Positions 27,501-34,210 of a stretch of DNA of 34,280 nt are shown piece by piece (positions within the stretch are counted from its first letter, which is position 1; each line of letters begins with the position of its first letter). Made by a program: the position numbers and the translations under genes. Source of the stretch: a virus. Its lineage: Duplodnaviria; Caudoviricetes. The notes beneath the pieces were generated by a model, which saw only the letters and a list, made by a program, of their open reading frames with translations, was not told the DNA's origin and ran no database searches. Where the stretch lies: positions 1-34,280 of the IMG/VR virus record IMGVR_UViG_3300033076_000978. One strand, given 5' to 3'.

Positions 27501-29051
27501 TTAAAACGGAGCATTCTCTAGAACACCTGGCACTCGGATCTTCGAGAACTCCTGCTCCTCGATTATGGTTCCACCGGCTATCAGGTGCCCATACATCTCC
27601 ATCACCTTGTGAGGATATGAGAGGCAATCCAAAAGGCCATCTACGTTATCCCGTTTCAGCGGATTGAACTGGGAGATCTGCAGATTCACAATCGAGGCGC
27701 AGGATGGATGGATCAGGAGTTCACCAGATAGGAGCTGCTTGAACATTCCTAGGATCCGGCTGTTTTTTGAGTAAGCGCCCGAGTAAACTTCTACTGCCTC
27801 GATTCCGATGATTCCGTACTGGGCGCTCATATATGTGAACCAGTAGAGAAGGGAGTACTGATAGGCATTCGACTCGATTGCGATCACCCGGCAGTTCCGT
27901 CTGAGTGCAATCTTAAAGGATTCCGCTATGGTATCTCCTGGGGATAGCCTACCTTCTTTGATTTCCTTGCAGACTGGGATTGCATTATGCACCTCAAAGT
28001 ACATGATGGAAACCGCATCTGAGTTTGCTTTGTCGTTCGAGGGATCAATGATGATGAAGTTGCCCTGGTGAGGCTCATCATCAGGGATGGAATACGCAGG
28101 GAGCTTGGAAAGATCTACTAGGTTATTTACAGAGGCGTTCTCGTCATTCAGGACCTCTGCATAGAAAACTTCCGGGCGCCCCATTGAGAGGTCGTTTTCG
28201 TATTCTTTGATGAGCTGGGAGATTGGTTGCAGGTCTTCCCAGAGAGACTCACCAGATGCAAGGATCCCGCCAGCGATAAATTTGGTCCAGGTGGGATTGT
28301 GTTTGAGTTTCCGGAGGAGAGAGTGCTTGGTAGGGTACATGTTTGCAATGAAGATGAAGAGACATCCGTGAGGGGATTTCGCCTTCATCGCCGTGCCTAC
28401 CATCCAGGTATCTAGATTCTTGGAGACTGTTTCGGAATCTGCGTCTTCACGAGTTTGGATGTCGTCGAAGATCATCACATCCGGGCGCTGGTTCTCTAGA
28501 GTGACACCTCGGATATCAGACTCCGCGCCTGCGCCCATCAGGATAACATTCCGGCCCCTGAATCCGAATCGCTTGAGGTCCTGGCGATCTGTTTCTGCAC
28601 CCAGGCGCCAGTCACCAAACACTCTGGTGACATTGCGCTCAGAGAGCATAGACATGATATCTGTGATGATGTTGTTTGCTTTTGTTTGGGTACCACAGAT
28701 GATGAGAATGAACTGGCGCTTGGTGAAAAGAATGACATAGAGAATGAAGATCTTTATGAGCATCGTTTTCCCGAAACCGCGAGGCAAACCGATCGCAAGT
28801 TGCGAGAAATCTCTGGTGAGATGGATGTAGGAGAGTAGCCAGGCCCAGATGGATTTGAAAACCGGCGGGAAAAGATACCGAAAAACCGCCGGCATGGAGA
28901 AAGCTGCCAGGAAATCTAAGGAATCCCGGCACATTTGCTCCACTTGGGAGGTCTCGAAAGCTGCCTCTCGGACCGGATCTTCAGCTGGAGGAGGGGAAGA
29001 TGGGGTATCTATTCCTAGTTTGTCATTCCAAGAGAGCTGAGGTCTGGTCAT
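27501..29051 (-). CDS. terL: Terminase large subunit
   Basis: Walker A LPRGFGKT, Walker B VMIFDD, nuclease IIIDPS, IESNAYQ and DGLLD. Confidence 0.92.
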   Translation of the reverse strand: MTRPQLSWNDKLGIDTPSSPPPAEDPVREAAFETSQVEQMCRDSLDFLAAFSMPAVFRYLFPPVFKSIWAWLLSYIHLTRDFSQLAIGLPRGFGKTMLIKIFILYVILFTKRQFILIICGTQTKANNIITDIMSMLSERNVTRVFGDWRLGAETDRQDLKRFGFRGRNVILMGAGAESDIRGVTLENQRPDVMIFDDIQTREDADSETVSKNLDTWMVGTAMKAKSPHGCLFIFIANMYPTKHSLLRKLKHNPTWTKFIAGGILASGESLWEDLQPISQLIKEYENDLSMGRPEVFYAEVLNDENASVNNLVDLSKLPAYSIPDDEPHQGNFIIIDPSNDKANSDAVSIMYFEVHNAIPVCKEIKEGRLSPGDTIAESFKIALRRNCRVIAIESNAYQYSLLYWFTYMSAQYGIIGIEAVEVYSGAYSKNSRILGMFKQLLSGELLIHPSCASIVNLQISQFNPLKRDNVDGLLDCLSYPHKVMEMYGHLIAGGTIIEEQEFSKIRVPGVLENAPF

Positions 29052-29055
29052 CTGG

Positions 29056-29199
29056 TTACTTTCTCAAAGGGTGCCTAGCAAGTAGGAGCTGGATTCGCAA
29101 GAGCTGCTCTTTCGCAGCCTCTTTGTTCCGCGCCACGATTGCCGCCTTGGCCTCGGCCTCTTTAAGTTGCTTGAGTTGGAGCTGGGAGATGTTGCACAT
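29056..29199 (-). CDS. Small 47-aa coiled-coil peptide
   Basis: MCNISQLQLKQLKEAEAKAAIVARNKEAAKEQLLRIQLLLARHPLRK* fills the TerS-TerL gap. GAAAGG lies upstream. Not in the ORF track. Confidence 0.45.
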   Translation of the reverse strand: MCNISQLQLKQLKEAEAKAAIVARNKEAAKEQLLRIQLLLARHPLRK

Positions 29200-29707
29200 T
29201 TTGAGGTACCTTTCTAGCTGAGAGAAGTTTGTCCATTGCGCCTGATTGTATCGTAACTAGATCTTGTTCGCCAGCTTTCACGACCTGGTTATTGATGTTT
29301 AGTGTTAGATTCTGCTGTGTGTATTGGTTCAGGATCTGGGTAGGCATGACAAGTTGCACGACAGTTTGCTGCGAGGTGATAGATTCAGGGGAGCTGGCGC
29401 CACGACGCTTGGCGGAGTTTATGACCTGTATAGCTTTCAGAACCTCGTGCGGCTTGTACATCATCGGCAGGAGATTCTCCATGCGCTCCAGGAGGGAATC
29501 TTCCAGGGAGTCGTATTTGGCGTCACGAGCTGAATGTTTGGAGAGCGCAAGATAGCGCAGCTCGGCTACTTTCGCAGCGAAGGTGGGATCCGAGATCAGC
29601 TGAGAAATCCGGGAGGGTGAGACTCCCACTGCTGAGGCCACCATTTCCGCCGGCAGCCCCTGGCCCAGGAGTGCGAGCGCGCGATCTTCTGTAGATGTGG
29701 TGGTCAT
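29162..29707 (-). CDS. Putative terminase small subunit (N-terminal HTH)
   Basis: HTH-like AEMVASAVGVSPSRISQL followed by helices. Lies upstream of TerL, with RBS GAAAGGAAAC. Confidence 0.65.
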   Translation of the reverse strand: MTTTSTEDRALALLGQGLPAEMVASAVGVSPSRISQLISDPTFAAKVAELRYLALSKHSARDAKYDSLEDSLLERMENLLPMMYKPHEVLKAIQVINSAKRRGASSPESITSQQTVVQLVMPTQILNQYTQQNLTLNINNQVVKAGEQDLVTIQSGAMDKLLSARKVPQNVQHLPAPTQAT

Positions 29708-29767
29708 GAGGTTTCCTTTCGAGTTCTGGGTATGATAGAGGAGAGCGGATGGTGAAGGTGGCGGGGA

Positions 29768-30400
29768 TTATTGGACTTTCTCAGCCAGTTTAGCTTTTAT
29801 GCGGGCCAGGTTTCTCTCGAAAATTAACTTGAAAGCCCTGTCACTATAAGTGTTTGCCTTTATGTTGTAAACTGTTTTAGGGGATATTCCATACTTATTA
29901 CACATCTCGTCTGTTTGAGCTTTGGAATCGTAAATCTCCAGAATTGCAGAGTCTGAAAGTCCGTGTACAAGATCTTGCTTATTATTAGCCTGTACGTCGG
30001 CGGTCGCCCATCTAACATTAGAGGGCTCATAATTACAGTTTACCTCAATCCTGTCTAGAGAGTGAAACTTAGAAGGCCTTGGACCAACATCCCGAACAAA
30101 TTGCAAAAAATTTTCCTGCCACTCCTTACAAACTTTTATGCCCCTGCCACCATAGTGCTTTTCAAGCGGATCTGCGCATCTCTGAAGCATACCGCGCCAA
30201 ATCCCATATAGAGGGTGCTCAGTGTCTGCGCATCTGCCACATCCTTTCCGCTTCGGATGTAAAAGATCTCGGGCGGAAATCAAAATGTTTTTGGCGCCAC
30301 ATTCACATACGCAAGCCCAAACAATGGAAGATCCTTGCCGCTCTTTTGTAGGCTCCAGAGCTGTAACTCGCCCAAACTTTTGGTTTCTGAGGTTTAGCAT
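29768..30400 (-). mobile_element. Freestanding HNH-type homing endonuclease with C-terminal HTH
   Basis: KFGRVT...W.C.CECG, W.GM.QRC, YGGRGIKVC..W, SLDRI....NYEPSNVRWAT. AT-richer than the flanking genes. Confidence 0.85.
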
Positions 30401-30540
30401 TTCAAGGTTCCTAAAGGAGTTGATGATGTTGCTAAGTATATTGGAGTTAAAAAAGTTTAGGCAGTGGGGACAGCTGATATAGGATAGCCCAACGGCAAGC
30501 CCCTAAAAAGACCCCTACCCCCCCCCCTTGAGTACAAGTT

Positions 30541-30581
30541 AGTGAGTGCTTACTAACTCAGGATGTGAGTGAGCGCTAACT
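30541..30581. promoter_or_regulatory. Pair of near-palindromic 14-bp operator-like sites
   Basis: AGTGAGTGCTTACT (30541-54) and AGTGAGCGCTAACT (30568-81) lie in the divergent intergenic region. Confidence 0.45.
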
Positions 30582-30715
30582 TCGATTTTCTGGCTGGCGG
30601 CTGGAGAGTAGTTACAATTTGATACAAAGAGCTTTACACAAATACATAATGTAGACCGCTGGCGTGGTAAGATACAGGCACTGGATAAGAAACCAAAGAC
30701 AGAAAGGAAACCAGA

Positions 30716-30874
30716 ATGTACCTGATAACTGATAGCTACGGCACCAAACAGATTGCTTGGTCCTGGGCACATGCGCTGGAATGGCTAACACGCTGCGCAC
30801 CTGAAGATGGAATGATCCGGAACAGGATCACTAAAAAAGTTCTTGCAACGAGGGTACAAGTTCTGGTATACTAA
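30716..30874 (+). CDS. First early gene, 52-aa hypothetical
   Basis: MYLITDSYGTKQIAWSWAHALEWLTRCAPEDGMIRNRITKKVLATRVQVLVY* follows GAAAGGAAAC, the same RBS as terS and the 32072 ORF. A possible extended -10 TGGTAAGAT sits at 30665-73. Not in the ORF track. Confidence 0.65.
   Translation: MYLITDSYGTKQIAWSWAHALEWLTRCAPEDGMIRNRITKKVLATRVQVLVY
30843..30872 (+). promoter_or_regulatory. Sigma70-type promoter
   Basis: TTGCAA-N18-TATACT with extended -10 TG and an upstream A-tract. Confidence 0.65.
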
Positions 30875-30982
30875 CTGAAGAGTTATCCCACCATGCACCT
30901 AGATTCCATGGGTGCATTAGGGATCACTCCCCCGAATGATCCGCTCGAAACCAATCGACCCTCGATTCTAGAAAGTCATATC

Positions 30983-31648
30983 ATGAGCAACATTTCCAAT
31001 CGTCATAACATTAACCGCTTTGTTTCTGGCAAGAGCGAGCCACTAGCAGGCCAGCGCCTGGCCAAGGTGGGGTATAAGTCGACCGATAAGACCCCGGCGA
31101 AGTTTCCCTCTGTGTGTGCATCGGTTCCGCCCCTGGGAGACCGCGATATCCTTCCGCATATTGATGCACTACTCCCACACATCCGCACCTTTTTGGAAGG
31201 TGTGCAAGACCGGGTTGTGAGGAGTTTATATGAATCATCTGGTGGGCTCCTCTCATCTGTGAGCGATTCCGAAATATCTGTGAGTGCATGCATCGCATAT
31301 CTAGCATCTGAAGGCGCAGGGGGGAAGTTGAGCGCGGAACTGATATCATTCTGGTTTGAGGAACAGATGAAAGATAACCTCACGGTGGTATTTGCGGATA
31401 AACTCGGATTCCCCGAACTCACCGCGGAAAATATGGTGACAATCTCCCAACACCTGAATGCATATAAGGCACTGTTTTGCGCGCTTCCTGGCACCAAGAA
31501 TGCCCCCACCAGGGTTCAATGTGAGAATCTCCGCAAGGTGATGAATGTGTGCGGGGCTGATACCGATGTGGGTGTGAAGGTGTCTGCACGGATATCTGAG
31601 CTGCTGAAAGAAACTTCTAAGCCAGTGTTTGAATTGCTGGATTTTTGA
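30983..31648 (+). CDS. Early hypothetical protein
   Basis: 221-aa ORF. Start MSNISN was chosen because the upstream ATG (30893) lies in a hairpin. Confidence 0.8.
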   Translation: MSNISNRHNINRFVSGKSEPLAGQRLAKVGYKSTDKTPAKFPSVCASVPPLGDRDILPHIDALLPHIRTFLEGVQDRVVRSLYESSGGLLSSVSDSEISVSACIAYLASEGAGGKLSAELISFWFEEQMKDNLTVVFADKLGFPELTAENMVTISQHLNAYKALFCALPGTKNAPTRVQCENLRKVMNVCGADTDVGVKVSARISELLKETSKPVFELLDF

Positions 31649-31656
31649 TGGAATGA

Positions 31657-32042
31657 TTCAGGGTGCACGGTTTACAGTCTGGATAGACTGTACAGACTGT
31701 CCAGACCGCTAGACTCCCAGACTGTTGCACCCCCTCACCCCCACCTGACCCCCTCTCACCCCCTAACTTACAGGTATCTATAACTAACACACCCACAACA
31801 GGTAGCTATCTATCTAGAGGGGTGTTAGTTATAGGGTATATCTCTTATATATAAAAATTTTAGATCCCCCTAAAATGAACCCTAAGACAGTCTATCATTC
31901 ACTCCCCATATAAGCACACTAGATTCCACACATGCTTAGATTCCCCGCACAGGGGGCTTGACGGCACCCCGAGGGGGGCGTACAGTCTGCCGGTCTAGCA
32001 GTCTGTCCGGTCTACACCAGACTGTAAACCCCTCACCCTGAA
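31657..32042. repeat. 386-bp non-coding element with long imperfect terminal inverted repeats (candidate replication origin)
   Basis: Arms 31657-31736 and 31971-32042 are reverse complements (TTCAGGGTG-nnn-GGTTTACAGTCTGG...). An inner perfect 13-bp IR sits at 31778-90/31822-34, with an AT-rich tract at 31837-62. Confidence 0.85.
31958..31986 (+). promoter_or_regulatory. Sigma70-type promoter overlapping the right IR arm
   Basis: TTGACG-N17-TACAGT upstream of the 32072 ORF. Confidence 0.6.
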
Positions 32043-32071
32043 ACTAACAGCAAACACGAAAGGAAACTGAA

Positions 32072-32173
32072 ATGTTTATCGTCGACCAACTGCCGGATTA
32101 TTCTGAACTCGATATCGAATTCAGAATGGGTGTGGATAACACCTGCTGGATGTATGGATGTTGGAATCACTGA
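32072..32173 (+). CDS. 33-aa acidic early peptide
   Basis: MFIVDQLPDYSELDIEFRMGVDNTCWMYGCWNH* follows GAAAGGAAAC. Not in the ORF track. Confidence 0.6.
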   Translation: MFIVDQLPDYSELDIEFRMGVDNTCWMYGCWNH

Positions 32174-32215
32174 GCATACATCAAAGGGCATTACGTGCCC
32201 TTTGATGTATGTTTA
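32171..32215 (+). other. Long RNA hairpin (RNase III-like site), copy 1
   Basis: Perfect 16-bp CATACATCAAAGGGCA/TGCCCTTTGATGTATG stem, extendable to 20 bp with G.U pairs. Confidence 0.75.
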
Positions 32216-32367
32216 TGTCACACACTATCCGGAACATGGCACACCGGATTAGTAGCATGGGAACCTGTGACCATTCACTAGCAGGCGGTTAGCATCCGTT
32301 ACCTTGTGCTAGCTCACGTTTCCCGGTATCGTATAAACCGGGACTTTCAAATCGATAAAGGTATTAT

Positions 32368-32790
32368 ATGAATATTAACGGATATGAAATTAAGCGCGGA
32401 GCTAACCTTCGCAGGGCTAACCTCAGTGAGGCAGACCTTAGCTGGGCAGACCTTAGCGAGGCTAACCTTAGCGAGGCTAACCTCAGTGAAGCCAATCTTC
32501 GCGGGGCCAATCTTCGCGGGGCTAACCTTATCGAGGCAGACCTTATCGGAGCCGACCTTAGCGGAGCCAATCTTAGCGGGGCTAACCTTCGCTGGGCTAA
32601 CCTTCGCTGGGCAGACCTTAGCGGGGTTAATCTTCGCGAGGCTAACCTTAGCGGAGCTGACCTTCGCGAGGCTGACCTTCGCTGGGCCAATCTTAGCGGG
32701 GCAGACCTCAGTGAGGCAGACCTCAGTGAGGCAGACCTTAGCGGAGCTGACCTTCGCGAGGCTAAAAATATCCCCGTTATTATGTGGTAA
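32368..32790 (+). CDS. Pentapeptide-repeat protein
   Basis: 24 uninterrupted A(N/D)Lxx repeats, encoded by 15-nt tandem units at 32401-32760. Confidence 0.92.
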   Translation: MNINGYEIKRGANLRRANLSEADLSWADLSEANLSEANLSEANLRGANLRGANLIEADLIGADLSGANLSGANLRWANLRWADLSGVNLREANLSGADLREADLRWANLSGADLSEADLSEADLSGADLREAKNIPVIMW

Positions 32791-32803
32791 CAAACCTCGA
32801 TTA

Positions 32804-32847
32804 AGTATACATGCAAGGGCATTTAGGTGTCCTTTGATGTATGCTCA
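32804..32847 (+). other. Long RNA hairpin (RNase III-like site), copy 2
   Basis: AGTATACAT-GC-AAGGGCAT-TTAG-GTGTCCTT-TG-ATGTATGCT. Related in sequence to copy 1, with several G.U pairs. Confidence 0.7.
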
Positions 32848-32974
32848 CGCATGCACGACAGGCCTTTTTGGGTAGGTTGACTGTCGTTAAACTCTGTTGA
32901 AACCCTCGAAAGCTGGCCAGTTTTCACCCCTTCACACCCGGTACGCCTAATAAGTGTGCCGGGTTTCTTGCATC

Positions 32975-33358
32975 ATGAAAAAGTATCGCCCTTATTTCAC
33001 CTTGGAAGAACTAAAAACTCTCCGAGACCTAACATCAACATCCTCGGATCATCAACGTTTGCACTTCTATCTCTACAAATACATCCTAGATGTAGAGGCA
33101 GGCACCCGAAAGGAAAACCTCTCTCTTGCTCCATCAATCTCCCAATCCCTCGGGTTAGATTCTTCGGCTGAGCGCCAAGCGGCGATCGATGAAAAATCCG
33201 ATCGCATGCTTTACGAATCCTTCCTCTCTCAGACATCAACTTTTGTAGGCATGTCACCTGCACAAATCACACGCTTGCAAGCGTACAGGTACACTCAAGG
33301 GCATATGAGCCTAGAGGAGCAGACAAAATACGAAACCGAGCAAGGAATCATGATATGA
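32975..33358 (+). CDS. Early hypothetical protein
   Basis: MKKYRPYFTLEEL... 127 aa, preceded by a hairpin at 32936-64. Confidence 0.75.
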   Translation: MKKYRPYFTLEELKTLRDLTSTSSDHQRLHFYLYKYILDVEAGTRKENLSLAPSISQSLGLDSSAERQAAIDEKSDRMLYESFLSQTSTFVGMSPAQITRLQAYRYTQGHMSLEEQTKYETEQGIMI

Positions 33359-33465
33359 AGAAACCACCTAAGATCCTCTCCATCTTGGAAGATATCTTCT
33401 TTATCGCCTGCATGCTTGCAGGTTATTTCCTGGGGTACTGGCTAGATTCATTCACTCGGAAATAA
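33355..33465 (+). CDS. 36-aa single-pass membrane peptide
   Basis: MKKPPKILSILEDIFFIACMLAGYFLGYWLDSFTRK*, with an ATGA overlap and AAGGA upstream. Not in the ORF track. Confidence 0.55.
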   Translation: MKKPPKILSILEDIFFIACMLAGYFLGYWLDSFTRK

Positions 33466-33525
33466 GGCGAAACTAGAAACATTCTTCCTCCCTCCCATCA
33501 ATCATACATCAAGAGTCTAATCATC

Positions 33526-34161
33526 ATGTACTTCTCAAGCGTAACATCAAAAGGTAATTCATCCTATTCCCAAAAATCCCAAGAGGACGCGGAAAAATCC
33601 GCGCAAAGGCTTGATGGAAATAATTGCATGAATTGTATAGATTGCACATATTGCAGAAATTGCAGAAATTGCAGAAATTGCACAAATTGTACAAATTGCA
33701 TAGATTGCACAAATTGCACATATTGCATAGATTGCATAAACTGCACGAATTGCACAAATTGCACGAATTGCATAGATTGCACAAATTGTACAAATTGTCC
33801 AAGTTGCACAGATTGCACAAATTGCACATATTGCACAAGTTGCAGAAATTGTACAAATTGCAGAAATTGCATGAATTGCAGAAATTGCACAAATTGTATA
33901 GATTGCACAAATTGCACAAATTGCAGAAATTGCATGAATTGCACAAATTGCACAACCAATCCAATCTGCATAACGAGCACCCTGTGGCCCATCTGCATCC
34001 GTACTTGCTCCTCTTCCATCAAGATTGGGTGCCAAGATCACTCACGCAAATTCTGGGAGACTGCATCAGATGAAACCATCTCAAGGATGGACCCCGAAGC
34101 CTTAGAATTCTGGCGAGCAAATAAGTCTTGGATTCTCGCAATCCCGACTCTCCAGACTTAA
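33526..34161 (+). CDS. Cysteine-rich tripeptide-repeat protein with IGC..H...W C-terminal domain
   Basis: 37 x (N/D/Y/S)-C-(T/R/I/M/P), encoded by 9-nt repeats at 33622-33954 between unique N- and C-terminal regions. Confidence 0.85.
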   Translation: MYFSSVTSKGNSSYSQKSQEDAEKSAQRLDGNNCMNCIDCTYCRNCRNCRNCTNCTNCIDCTNCTYCIDCINCTNCTNCTNCIDCTNCTNCPSCTDCTNCTYCTSCRNCTNCRNCMNCRNCTNCIDCTNCTNCRNCMNCTNCTTNPICITSTLWPICIRTCSSSIKIGCQDHSRKFWETASDETISRMDPEALEFWRANKSWILAIPTLQT

Positions 34162-34169
34162 CGGAAACT

Positions 34170-34210
34170 CTAACTAGGCACCAAGCGCTGATCTTGTTGT
34201 GCCTAGTTGG
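34170..34210 (+). other. RNA hairpin after the Cys-repeat gene
   Basis: CTAACTAGGCAC/GTGCCTAGTTGG forms a 12-bp stem, with an inner CAAG/CTTG stem. Confidence 0.65.

Noticed and set aside
26996-27514. Group I intron or intein around the HNH-AP2 gene
   Set aside because: TerL ends with a complete nuclease domain and the portal starts with its own ATG. There is no non-coding flank to hold an intron core.
31657-32042. Autonomous IS element
   Set aside because: No transposase ORF inside and no clear target-site duplication outside the inverted repeats.
32347-32875. Alternative-frame and antisense repeat ORFs over the pentapeptide gene
   Set aside because: By-products of a stop-free 15-nt tandem repeat. 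Only the A(N/D)Lxx frame matches a known fold and has an RBS.
33622-33954. Possible CRISPR array or DGR template/variable repeat
   Set aside because: The units are contiguous 9-mers with no spacers. There is no cas or reverse transcriptase gene and no separate TR/VR pair differing only at adenines.
33524-34073. Alternative-frame ORFs (LHKLHK, CAICAI, VQFVQF, CNLCNF) over the 9-nt repeat
   Set aside because: Artefacts of the periodic, partly self-complementary AATTGCACA unit. Only 33526-34161 has sensible unique flanking domains.
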